Assembly (NCBI GenBank): GCA_044222185.1
Contig: JBGANV010000004.1
Span: 1-64,000, forward strand
Direction: 5' to 3'
Length of the DNA: 64,000 bases
From: Planctomycetota bacterium
Lineage (GTDB): Bacteria > Planctomycetota > GCA-002687715 > CAIWVZ01
The stretch's first letter is position 1; each line of letters opens with the position of its first letter. Both the position numbers and the translations under genes were made by a program. Of this stretch, positions 50,941-59,877 are shown piece by piece. The notes below the pieces were generated by a model. It was not told the origin of the DNA. It searched no databases and saw nothing but the letters and a program-made list of their open reading frames with translations.

Positions 50941-52215
50941 ATGAGAACCAGAAGCCTGTGTCTTGGCGTCTTGCTGTTCGCCACGACGATCACCGCCGAT
51001 TCGACCGCGCAGTGTTTTGGAAATGACGGACTGAGCACCGGTCCGTGCTGTGCGCCGAGCGCCACGAACCTCCCACCATTCCCGCCCATGCAGCTTGGCG
51101 GCCGGGGCGCGTGCTTCAACGACTGCAGTCTCGAGCTTCAGTTCCCGACGCAGAACGTGCTGATTTCCACGCAGGTGCTCTGCGACTACCTGCTGGTCGA
51201 CTTCTCGCTGAATTCACCCAGTTTCGCCATGCCGAACCAGGTGCTCGTGGCGAAGTACGCGCGCACTTGGCTCGAGTTCCCGACGCCGGGCGCGGTGACC
51301 CAGGTGTGGCGGTTCGTCATCAACGGCGACCTGAACTACTCGAACGTCGCGCCGTCGGCGATCGGCTGCCCCGTCCCGTTCTCGGCGGTCGCGCCCTACA
51401 ACCTTCCCGTGAATTACTTCGGCCATCTCGACTACGCGCTGAACTGCGCCACGGGGAACTGGAGCTGCGCCTACGCACTCACGCACTTCTGTCCGACGGA
51501 CATGCATGCGCCCTGGAGCGCCCGGCCCATCGCCGCAGCGAGCACCTGGGCGAAGCGCACCTACCATCTCGTGGCGCCCCAGAACTTCGACTTCACGGCG
51601 TTCTGCGAAGCTCCCGAGGGGCAGATCTACGGGGAGTCGGCGCGGCACTCGCAACTCGTCCCCGGCCTCCCGTACCAGTGCCTCAACGAATCACCGATCC
51701 ATGGAGGCCAGCTTCTCACCGCGCAGGTCCTCTGTGCGTGCGTCGGGCCGTCGCCCACGCCGCCGCCGAGCCGATACGTGTTCCAGACCCTGAACTTCCA
51801 GACGGCGTGTGGGTTCGGCGTTCCGCAGCCCACGACGGCCCTCGGTGGCACGGTGCCCATCCCGGGGATCCTCCCCACGGGGCTGTGCGGGATGGTGATC
51901 GGCCGCTGGGTGCAAGGATCGGTGCCGAGCTTCCCCGGCGACGAGTGCGTCACGTGCTACCTCGGCGTGCTCAACTACACGACGCCGTGTCCGTCACCTG
52001 TGGGATCGAACAGTTTCCACCTGATCGGCGGCGACGGCACGACCGGTGGATTTGCGGCGCAGCTCTTCGACACGAACGTTCCCATCATCCCGAACCCCGA
52101 GTTCATGGATCTGGCGAACATGCTCGTGATCGGGTCTCCGATCCTCCCTCCGTTCACGCCCGGGTATGGCGCGCTCTTCGCTTCCGACGAGGTGTGGAGT
52201 TTCAACACGCTGTGA
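50941..52215 (+). CDS. Secreted Cys-rich protein of unknown family (paralog A)
   Basis: Signal peptide ending STAQ; colinear with 52460-53719 (GNDG, CC, LVAKYARTW, QVWRF..NGDL, DYALNC, WAKRTYH, LFASD.VW). Confidence 0.88.
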   Translation: MRTRSLCLGVLLFATTITADSTAQCFGNDGLSTGPCCAPSATNLPPFPPMQLGGRGACFNDCSLELQFPTQNVLISTQVLCDYLLVDFSLNSPSFAMPNQVLVAKYARTWLEFPTPGAVTQVWRFVINGDLNYSNVAPSAIGCPVPFSAVAPYNLPVNYFGHLDYALNCATGNWSCAYALTHFCPTDMHAPWSARPIAAASTWAKRTYHLVAPQNFDFTAFCEAPEGQIYGESARHSQLVPGLPYQCLNESPIHGGQLLTAQVLCACVGPSPTPPPSRYVFQTLNFQTACGFGVPQPTTALGGTVPIPGILPTGLCGMVIGRWVQGSVPSFPGDECVTCYLGVLNYTTPCPSPVGSNSFHLIGGDGTTGGFAAQLFDTNVPIIPNPEFMDLANMLVIGSPILPPFTPGYGALFASDEVWSFNTL

Positions 52216-52459
52216 TTCCTCGCATGCGTGGGTGATTTTTCACCGATCGGGGATTTGCGGCCGTCGGCCCGCGCGAGACGCGCGGGGATCCGGCCGGTTC
52301 CGGTCGCGACGACCGTGAACCGGCGCTCCCGGGGGGGCGATTTCTTTTTCCGCTTTCTCCAGGCCGACGGATCGCCATCCAGACAGGTCACCGGCCCGGC
52401 GGGCGAACGCGCCCCCGGCCGGGATCCCTCGAACACCCGTCTTGCCCAGGAGATCCACC

Positions 52460-53719
52460 ATGAGAGCCATTCGAATCATCGCCGTCGCCGCCTTCGTGCT
52501 GGCGTCACCGTTCACCTCGACCGCCCCCGCCCAGGGGTGCCTTGGAAACGACGGTTTCAGCAACGGCGTCTGCTGCACACCGGCGCAGACCAACCTTCCG
52601 AACTTCCCGCCGCAACAGATCGGCGGCGTCGGCGCCACGATCAAGGACTGCGCCGTCGAGGGCCAGTACCCGTTGGGGGTCAGCATCAACCCGATTCCGA
52701 TCCTCTGCGACTACTGGCTCATGGGCATCACGGTCAACTCGGCCCAGTTCGCCATCGCCGGCAACCAGTTCCTGGTCGCCAAGTACGCGCGGACCTGGCG
52801 TGAGAACGCCGGAGCCACGCAGTTCCAGGTGTGGCGCTTCCTCGTGAACGGGGATCTGGCGTACACGGCGTCCACCGCGGCGGGCATCGGGAATCCCGTT
52901 CCGCTGTCGGCCGTCGCGCCATTCAACCTCCCCGTCCACTTCATCGGCAGCCTCGACTACGCGCTCAACTGCCAGACGGGCGCGTGGAACATCGCGCTGA
53001 ACCTCACGCATCTCTGCCCGACGGACGCGCACGCGCCCTTCAGCCAGCAGCCCATCGGCGCGGCCGCGTTCTGGGCGAAGCGCACGTACCACTTCATCGC
53101 ACCGGCGAACTTCAACTTCGGCATCTGCGCCGAACCGTCGGGCCCGATCTTCGGAGAATCCGTCCGTCACTCGCGCATGGTTCCGGGGACGCCATACACG
53201 TGCCTTCACGAGGCGCAGGTCGGCGGTGGAAACCTCCAGACCGTGACCCAGGATTGCGCGTGCGCCGATCCGACCCCGATCGTTCCGCCGAATCGCAACG
53301 TGCATCAGAACCTGAACGGGTTCGTGACCTGCCAGGGCGCAGCGACGCAGTTCAACTCGGTCCCGGTCGGTGGCGTCCTCCCCACGGGACTCCGCGGCAT
53401 CCGCATCGGGAGCTACGTTCCGCCAGCGGCCGGTCCCATCTACCCCGGCAATGAGTGCGTGACGGTCTACATCGGGATCCTCGCGTACGGCGGCATCTGC
53501 CCGAGCCCGGTCCCGATCCAGCCCTTCCACCTCGTCGCCGGCGTCGGCACGACGGGCGGGTTCCCGAGCTTCCTGTTCGACTCGCCGGTTCCCATCACCT
53601 TCGCCAACAAGTTCCTCGACCTGGAGAACATGCTGGCGGTGAACGCGGCCGGGGTCTTCGCCCCGACCTTCGGCGGGCTCTTCGCCTCCGACATCGTGTG
53701 GAACCTGAACATGGTCTGA
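52460..53719 (+). CDS. Secreted Cys-rich protein of unknown family (paralog B)
   Basis: RBS CAGGAG; signal peptide ending APAQ; full-length similarity to paralog A. Confidence 0.9.
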   Translation: MRAIRIIAVAAFVLASPFTSTAPAQGCLGNDGFSNGVCCTPAQTNLPNFPPQQIGGVGATIKDCAVEGQYPLGVSINPIPILCDYWLMGITVNSAQFAIAGNQFLVAKYARTWRENAGATQFQVWRFLVNGDLAYTASTAAGIGNPVPLSAVAPFNLPVHFIGSLDYALNCQTGAWNIALNLTHLCPTDAHAPFSQQPIGAAAFWAKRTYHFIAPANFNFGICAEPSGPIFGESVRHSRMVPGTPYTCLHEAQVGGGNLQTVTQDCACADPTPIVPPNRNVHQNLNGFVTCQGAATQFNSVPVGGVLPTGLRGIRIGSYVPPAAGPIYPGNECVTVYIGILAYGGICPSPVPIQPFHLVAGVGTTGGFPSFLFDSPVPITFANKFLDLENMLAVNAAGVFAPTFGGLFASDIVWNLNMV

Positions 53720-53842
53720 CGTGTCGGGTGCTTCGGCGGGGCCGGCTTGGAAATTCCGAGCCGGCCCCGTCACGTCATCGGCAGCCGCCCCCATCTGGGT
53801 CTCCGTCGGGTCAATCCGACCCGCATTCACAGGAGATCCAAC

Positions 53843-55177
53843 ATGAACCGGACGATTCTTGCTGCCGCGGCCGTCACGCTTTCACTGATCAGCGTCGCAC
53901 CGGCCTTCGGCCAGGCCATCTACAACCCCGCCACGAACCGGTACTACGCGCTCATTCCCTTCGCGACGGACGTGTTCACGGCGCGGAAGATTGCGGCGGA
54001 CATGGGCGGGAAGCTGGCGAGCATCCACTCGCTCGCCGAGCGCAACTTCCTCACGTCGGCGTTCGCGGGCGCCTTGTCCAGCGGGGGAGTGTTCATCGGA
54101 CTGTCCGACGAAGTGACCGAGGGCGTCTTCCAATGGGACGACGGCACCGTGGTGAATTACCTGTCCTGGAATGGCGGCGAGCCGAGCAACACGAGCAATG
54201 AGGACTGGGTCGAGATGGGGGCCAGCGGGAGCTGGAACGACATCCCGCGGTATGCGTTGCGGCGAGGTTTGGTCGAGGGCGCAGCCCTCAGTCCGATTCT
54301 CGCGGGAGGCGCAGATTTCGGTGAGGATTTCACGCAGCCGGTGACGTCGGCGTTGTGGGGCACGGGGCCTGAATGGCAGATCGCGCCCGCGTTCATCTCC
54401 GTCGGCCACGGAGCGGGCAACCCGGATCCGATCGCCGACGGCTCGGGCGTCGTCCTCGGTCGGCTCGCTGGGATCGTCGTGGGCGGAAACGCGTCCATCG
54501 CCCCGCACCCGACGTCCTACCTCACGAGTCCGCCCGTGCAGATTCCCGCGGGGCGACGAGCGGTGCTGAAGTTCGACCGGTTCCTCAACACCATCAGGGC
54601 GCCGTACATGACGAACACCGTCGAGGTCTTCGATGGGAGCGCGTGGCAGACGATCTGGACGAATCCGACGGCCGGCTCGCTCTTCGATGCGGATTGGAAG
54701 TACCAGGGCTTCGACGTGTCGGCGTACGTCAACTCCGCGTTCCGCGTTCGCTTCGGTCTCGCCGTCATCGCGGGCAACTTCCCGCCCGTGTCTTCCTGGA
54801 ACGTCGACAACGTGGCGATCTACTCCTACCAGATCGATTCGGTCCTGGCCTACTTCCGACCGAATGGGCCCGGATCGCTTGGGCTGCGCAACATTGCGTT
54901 CCCCGCTGGCGCGACGGTCCTCACGGCGTTCACGCTGAACCAGGGGGCGTTCCCGAACGGCTGGTTCTTTGGGATCGACGTGACGGCGTCCGACCTCGGC
55001 CTCGCGCTCTCGACTCCGCTCCCGCCGTTCTGGTCGACGATGAGCCCGACGGGGACCTCCGACTTCCTCCTGCTCGGCGGTGTCCCGCCCGGTTTGTCGA
55101 TCTACGCCGTCTCCGTGCTGCTCGGGTCGACGGGAATTCCCGCCGGGAGCTCGGCCCCGATCACGTTCTCGACCTGA
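53843..55177 (+). CDS. Secreted C-type lectin domain protein with jelly-roll-like domain and C-terminal domain
   Basis: RBS CAGGAG; signal peptide ending AFGQ; GGKLASIHS..E, FIGLSD...EG.FQW.DG....Y.SW..GEPSN...ED.VEM...G.WND; YLTSP...WNVDNV. Confidence 0.88.
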   Translation: MNRTILAAAAVTLSLISVAPAFGQAIYNPATNRYYALIPFATDVFTARKIAADMGGKLASIHSLAERNFLTSAFAGALSSGGVFIGLSDEVTEGVFQWDDGTVVNYLSWNGGEPSNTSNEDWVEMGASGSWNDIPRYALRRGLVEGAALSPILAGGADFGEDFTQPVTSALWGTGPEWQIAPAFISVGHGAGNPDPIADGSGVVLGRLAGIVVGGNASIAPHPTSYLTSPPVQIPAGRRAVLKFDRFLNTIRAPYMTNTVEVFDGSAWQTIWTNPTAGSLFDADWKYQGFDVSAYVNSAFRVRFGLAVIAGNFPPVSSWNVDNVAIYSYQIDSVLAYFRPNGPGSLGLRNIAFPAGATVLTAFTLNQGAFPNGWFFGIDVTASDLGLALSTPLPPFWSTMSPTGTSDFLLLGGVPPGLSIYAVSVLLGSTGIPAGSSAPITFST

Positions 55178-55181
55178 TGCC

Positions 55182-55777
55182 GCGTCGGAGCGCCGGGCTC
55201 CCGCCCGGCTGGATGGCAGGGCTCCGCCATGCCTGCGGCGCAGTCGGCCGAGTGCCCGCCTCCGAACGTTCGGCCTGTGGCGGTGAAACGAGTGGCGAGT
55301 TCCTGGCCGGCCCGAGCCCCGCCACCCGACCGGATTGGAACCCTGCGTTCCGGGACTCGCAAACGGAGAGAAGTTGGACGAGCCCGGTCGTGCGGCGTCG
55401 GAGCGCCGGGCTCCCGCCCGGCTGGACGGCAGGGCTCCGCCCTGCCTGCGGCGCAGTCGGCCGAGTGCCCGCCTCCGACCGTTCGGCCTGTGGCGGTGAA
55501 ACGAGTGGCGAGTTCGTGGCCGGCCCGAGCCCCGCCGCCCGACCGGGTTGGAACCCGGCGTTCCGGGATTCGCAAACGGAGAGAAGTTGGACGAGCCCGG
55601 TCGTGCGGCGTCGGAGCGCCGGGCTCCCGCCCGGCTGGATGGCAGGGCTCCGCCCTGCCTGCTGCGCAGCCGGCCGAGTGCCCGCCTCCGACCGTTCAGC
55701 CTGTGGCGGTGAAACGGGTGGCGAGTTCGTGGCCGGCCCGAGCCCCGCCACCCGACCGGGTTGGAACCCGGCGTTCC
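55182..55777. repeat. Tandem array of about 2.8 x 213-bp units, each bounded by an inverted REP-like pair (REPIN/BIME-like)
   Basis: GGAGCGCCGGGCTCCCGCCCGGC at 55187, 55400, 55613; CCGG(G/A)TTGGAACCC(G/T)GCGTTCC ending 55351, 55564, 55777. Confidence 0.92.
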
Positions 55778-55986
55778 GCGTTTTGAAGAAAACCGCAGAC
55801 TTTTTTTTCCGCCGGCGGGCGGCGGACGGATCCATGAGTGCTCGAGCGATCCTCGTCGGGTCGACTTCGGGTGTGTGACGGTTGCCGGTTGGACGTCTTA
55901 TCGGGGGATGGGCGCCGACCGGCAGCCGTACTTTTGTTTCCAGCCCCGCCTGTAGGATCGGGCTCGCCTCACCCCGTGGGGAATGC

Positions 55987-56580
55987 ATGCGCCCGATCCC
56001 CTCCCTGCACGGCAACCTGACTCCCGTCACCAAGGGGATCGGCGTTGCGACGGACCTTCTCGCTGTTGCGATCCTCGGAGCGGACGGCGCCTGGCTCGTC
56101 GCGAGAGTCGTGCTGACCGATGGCACGCTCGGCCGGTGGATTCTCCCGATCGGGCTCCTGGGCGCCCTCGCCGCGATCGTCCTCGCCGTGCGCCTGGCCC
56201 ACGTGCGCGCTCGGGTCGTTCTCCGACTCGCTGCCTGGGCGGCTGTCGATGAGCCTGATGCCTATGGTGGGCACCGCAGGGGCAGGCGTGTGACCCTCGT
56301 GGCCGCGTTCATCGTCCTGGCCGTGATCGCCGCGTGGGTGACCGCGAGCGCGATCCTTGCCGCGATGTCGACGTCATCACTCGATGGGGCATCCTCCGAG
56401 GCGATGGCGGTCGATTCGTTCGCGCCCCGTCCGAGCCGTCGAGGCCATGCGCTCGGGGTCTACCTTGGCTCGCTCATGATCGCGCTGTTCTGGGGCACCA
56501 CACTCGGCATGCGGATGTTGGACCGGCTGGATGAGGAGCGCGACCGGGGCCATCAGTCGGGCGTCGAGGAGGTGTTCTGA
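55987..56580 (+). CDS. Hypothetical membrane protein, about 4 TM helices; start uncertain
   Basis: Four hydrophobic stretches; ends 44 bp before cstA. Confidence 0.65.
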   Translation: MRPIPSLHGNLTPVTKGIGVATDLLAVAILGADGAWLVARVVLTDGTLGRWILPIGLLGALAAIVLAVRLAHVRARVVLRLAAWAAVDEPDAYGGHRRGRRVTLVAAFIVLAVIAAWVTASAILAAMSTSSLDGASSEAMAVDSFAPRPSRRGHALGVYLGSLMIALFWGTTLGMRMLDRLDEERDRGHQSGVEEVF

Positions 56581-56624
56581 CCGAATCCGCGGAGCCCGGC
56601 GCACCGCGGATAGAATCCCGCCCC

Positions 56625-58334
56625 GTGACCGTCACGATCATCTTCCTCGCGTGCCTCGCGGCGTTCGGAATCGCGTTTCGATCGTATGGCCGCGTGCTCG
56701 CCCGGGCCTTCGGGCTCCGTGGCGACACGCAGACCCCGGCCCACACGCTGGCGGACGGCGAAGACTACGTGCCGATCAAGCGCGGATACCTCCTCGCGCA
56801 GCACTTCTCTGCCATCTCGGCTGCTGGCCCCATCGCGGGGCCCATCACCGCCGGTTTGATGTTCGGATGGCTGCCCGCACTCCTGTGGATCGTGCTCGGC
56901 GCGATCTTCATCGGTGCCATGCACGACTTCTCCGCGCTCGTCGGATCCGTGCGGCATCAGGCGCGGTCCGTCTCGGAGATCGTCCGCGAGCACATGAGTC
57001 GCCCCGCGTGGTACCTCTTCTTGAGCTTCGTCTGGCTCGCGCTCGTCTACGTCGTGATCGCATTCACGGACCTCACCGCACGCGGGTTCGTCGGTCAGGT
57101 GACGCTCGACGACGGCAGCGTCGTGAATGGCGGCGGTATCGCCACGTCCTCCATCCTCTACCTCGCCGTCAGCGTCGTCATGGGAGTGTGCCTGCGACGC
57201 AAGATGCCGCTTTGGCTCGCGACCCTGATCTTCGTCCCGCTCGTCGGTGTCGCGATCTGGTTCGGCCAGCATGCCCCGGCGTCCGTTCCCACGCTGATCG
57301 GAAGCGACGAAGGCGTGGAAGGACAGGTCCGTACCTGGGACTACCTCATCCTCGTCTATTGCGGCATCGCTTCCGTCACGCCCATGTGGGCGCTCCTCCA
57401 ACCACGTGGGTTCCTCGGCGGCTTCTTCCTCTATGGAGTGCTGGCCTTCTCGTTCCTCGGGATCCTGGTCGGTGGCGGAGAGGTGAAATACCCCATGTTC
57501 CTGGGCTTCCGGACGACGGAAGCCCAGCCGCTGTTCCCGTTCCTGTTCATCACGATCGCCTGCGGCGCGTGCTCTGGATTCCACGGATTGGTGTGCTCGG
57601 GCACGACCAGCAAACAACTCGATCGTGAGCCCGACGCGCACACGGTGGGGTATGGCGGCATGCTGCTCGAGGGTGTCGTCGCCGTGATCTCGCTCATTTG
57701 CGTGATGCTGCTCTCGCCCGGATCGCCAGCCTCCGCACAGAGCCCGCAGCGCATCTACGCGCTCGGCACTGCCGGGTTCATGAATGCGCTGGGGATCGAC
57801 CTGAAGTTCGCCGCCGCGTTCTCATCGCTGGCATTCACCACGTTCGTCTTCGACACGCTCGACGTCACGACGCGCCTGGGTCGCTACATCCTCCAGGAAC
57901 TCCTCCACTGGAAGACGCGATTGGGAGCCGTAGTCGCCACCTTCATCTCGCTCGTGCTGCCGGCGTTGTTCGTGTCCGCGACGCTCCGCGACGACGCCGG
58001 AAAGCCGATCGCTGCATGGAAGGTCTTCTGGACGATTTTCGGCTCGTCCAATCAGCTTCTGGCGGCGCTGACGCTCCTCGGCCTGACGGTGTGGCTGCGA
58101 AGCTCGGGACGGAGGCGGGCCGCCTGGATCACGGGCGTGCCCATGGTCTTCATGCTCGGGATGACCATGTGGTCTCTCATCCTCATGGTGAGCACGACGG
58201 TTGCGCGCGTCCGGGCGGGCCGAACCCTGGACTTGCCGGGAGCGGTGGCGATCGTCCTCCTGGCCCTCGCCACATGGCTCGTCGTCGAGGCGATCCGCGT
58301 CGTACGGCGCGAGCGCGTTCGCACGACGGCGTAG
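56625..58334 (+). CDS. cstA: Carbon starvation protein A family transporter
   Basis: TPAH...DG.DYVP, HFSAISAAGPIAGP, GAMHDF, LLQPR, FITIACGACSGFH, YGGMLLEG, TLD..TRLGRY, FGSSNQLLAAL. Confidence 0.95.
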   Translation: MTVTIIFLACLAAFGIAFRSYGRVLARAFGLRGDTQTPAHTLADGEDYVPIKRGYLLAQHFSAISAAGPIAGPITAGLMFGWLPALLWIVLGAIFIGAMHDFSALVGSVRHQARSVSEIVREHMSRPAWYLFLSFVWLALVYVVIAFTDLTARGFVGQVTLDDGSVVNGGGIATSSILYLAVSVVMGVCLRRKMPLWLATLIFVPLVGVAIWFGQHAPASVPTLIGSDEGVEGQVRTWDYLILVYCGIASVTPMWALLQPRGFLGGFFLYGVLAFSFLGILVGGGEVKYPMFLGFRTTEAQPLFPFLFITIACGACSGFHGLVCSGTTSKQLDREPDAHTVGYGGMLLEGVVAVISLICVMLLSPGSPASAQSPQRIYALGTAGFMNALGIDLKFAAAFSSLAFTTFVFDTLDVTTRLGRYILQELLHWKTRLGAVVATFISLVLPALFVSATLRDDAGKPIAAWKVFWTIFGSSNQLLAALTLLGLTVWLRSSGRRRAAWITGVPMVFMLGMTMWSLILMVSTTVARVRAGRTLDLPGAVAIVLLALATWLVVEAIRVVRRERVRTTA

Positions 58335-58469
58335 GTCGCAGAGTGCCTTCGACGCGAGAATTCCGGCGATAATCGCCCGAGCGATCCGGGTCGCAGGGTA
58401 TGCTCCCGCCGGTGGCAGCGTGGTGTTCCCTTCGCCGCGTCTCGTACCGATCTCACACCTCGCCCATTG

Positions 58470-59867
58470 ATGACGCCCATATTCCCGCTCGATGACGGTG
58501 CCCCTGTGGCGCCCGCAGCGGCGCTCCGGTCCGCGAGTGCTTCGATCGCGGCCGACTTCTCGGACCTCGCGCGGCTCGCCGCGGCAGCATGCGGCGCGCC
58601 GATGGCGATCGTGAGTGGCGTCGAAGGCACACGACAGGCGCCGGTGGGCTCATTCGGCCTCGAACTCCGACAGGTCCCGCGCGACGCCGCATTCTGCGGG
58701 CGCGCCGTTCTCGGTGGGAAGCTGCTGGCGATTCACGACACGCTCGCCGACGAGCGCTGCGCGTCGCACTCGCTCGTGACGGGATCGGCGCGCGTTCGCT
58801 CGGTGACTTCCATGCCCGTCGTCGCGGCGACTGAACCGGGCTCGGCGGCAGCGCCCCCGGTCGTGGCCGTCGTGAGCGTCTTCGATCGCGCACCTCGAAC
58901 GCTCAACGAGCGCGAAGTCGAGCTTCTCGAAGCCGTGGCACGTCAGATCGGCGCTCAGATCGAGCTCCGGCGTGTGAAGCTGCAGGGCGATCATGATGCG
59001 CGCGGCACGCGAACGCGGCAGTTGTTGGACCTCGTGCCGCCGGGCATCCTGGTGGCCTCCCGCTCCGGTGTCGTCGAGTACATGAACGACTCGGCCCGCC
59101 GCATCGTCCGCGGCGACGTGGTCCCGGGCGTTCCCGTGTCGCAGCTCGTGCGACGCGCGGGGATCTGCATCGCAGGAACGGATCTGCCGTATCCGGACGA
59201 ACGCCTGCCGATCACGCGTGCTTTGCGCGGGGAGCATGCCGTCGTTTCCGACATCGAACTGCGCCGGCCGGAAGGTTCCGTGCCCATCCAGCTCCAGGCT
59301 TCGCCCGTCTTCGATGCTCATGGTCGCGTCGAGTGCGCCATCGCCGCATTCGAGGACATTCGTGAGCTGCGGCGGCAGTCGTCCACCGACCAGCTCACGG
59401 GCCTGCTGAACCGCGCCGCGTTTCGCGAGACGTTCGAACACATGGCGCGGCACTGCGAGCGGGCCCACGAATCCCTCACGCTCGCGATCCTCGACTTGGA
59501 CTACTTCAAGGAAATCAACGACGCGCACGGACACTGCGCGGGCGATCAGGTCCTGACCCAGTTCGCGGCCTTCCTGCGGACCGAGCTCCGCAAGTCCGAC
59601 ACCGTCGCGCGGTGGGGAGGCGAGGAATTCGTCGTCATGTTCCCGAACACCGACGTGCGCGGCGCAAAGCACGCACTCGAAGCGCTGCTGGCTGAGTTGC
59701 ACGAGGACCCGCCGAAGTTGGCGTCGGGCACCGTGATCCCAATCACGTTCTCCGCCGGTCTTGCGGCCCACGTGGACGGGTCGACGTTGGACGAGTTGAC
59801 GGAGGTCGCAGACCGCCGTCTGTACGTAGCGAAGGCCGCGGGCCGAGCGCGCGTCGTCGACGCGTGA
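58470..59867 (+). CDS. GAF-PAS-GGDEF diguanylate cyclase
   Basis: PRDAAFC (GAF), PAS region, DQLTGLLNR, DLDYFKEIND.HGH..GD, RKSD I-site, GGEEF. Confidence 0.93.
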   Translation: MTPIFPLDDGAPVAPAAALRSASASIAADFSDLARLAAAACGAPMAIVSGVEGTRQAPVGSFGLELRQVPRDAAFCGRAVLGGKLLAIHDTLADERCASHSLVTGSARVRSVTSMPVVAATEPGSAAAPPVVAVVSVFDRAPRTLNEREVELLEAVARQIGAQIELRRVKLQGDHDARGTRTRQLLDLVPPGILVASRSGVVEYMNDSARRIVRGDVVPGVPVSQLVRRAGICIAGTDLPYPDERLPITRALRGEHAVVSDIELRRPEGSVPIQLQASPVFDAHGRVECAIAAFEDIRELRRQSSTDQLTGLLNRAAFRETFEHMARHCERAHESLTLAILDLDYFKEINDAHGHCAGDQVLTQFAAFLRTELRKSDTVARWGGEEFVVMFPNTDVRGAKHALEALLAELHEDPPKLASGTVIPITFSAGLAAHVDGSTLDELTEVADRRLYVAKAAGRARVVDA

Positions 59868-59877
59868 GTGCGCCGTG

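Noticed and set aside
55182-55777. CRISPR array, or repeat-protein ORFs (54373-55878, 55161-56126, 55229-55786)
   Set aside because: Units are 213 bp with near-identical interiors (no unique spacers) and there are no cas genes. The ORFs stay open because the period is a multiple of 3 and GC is high.
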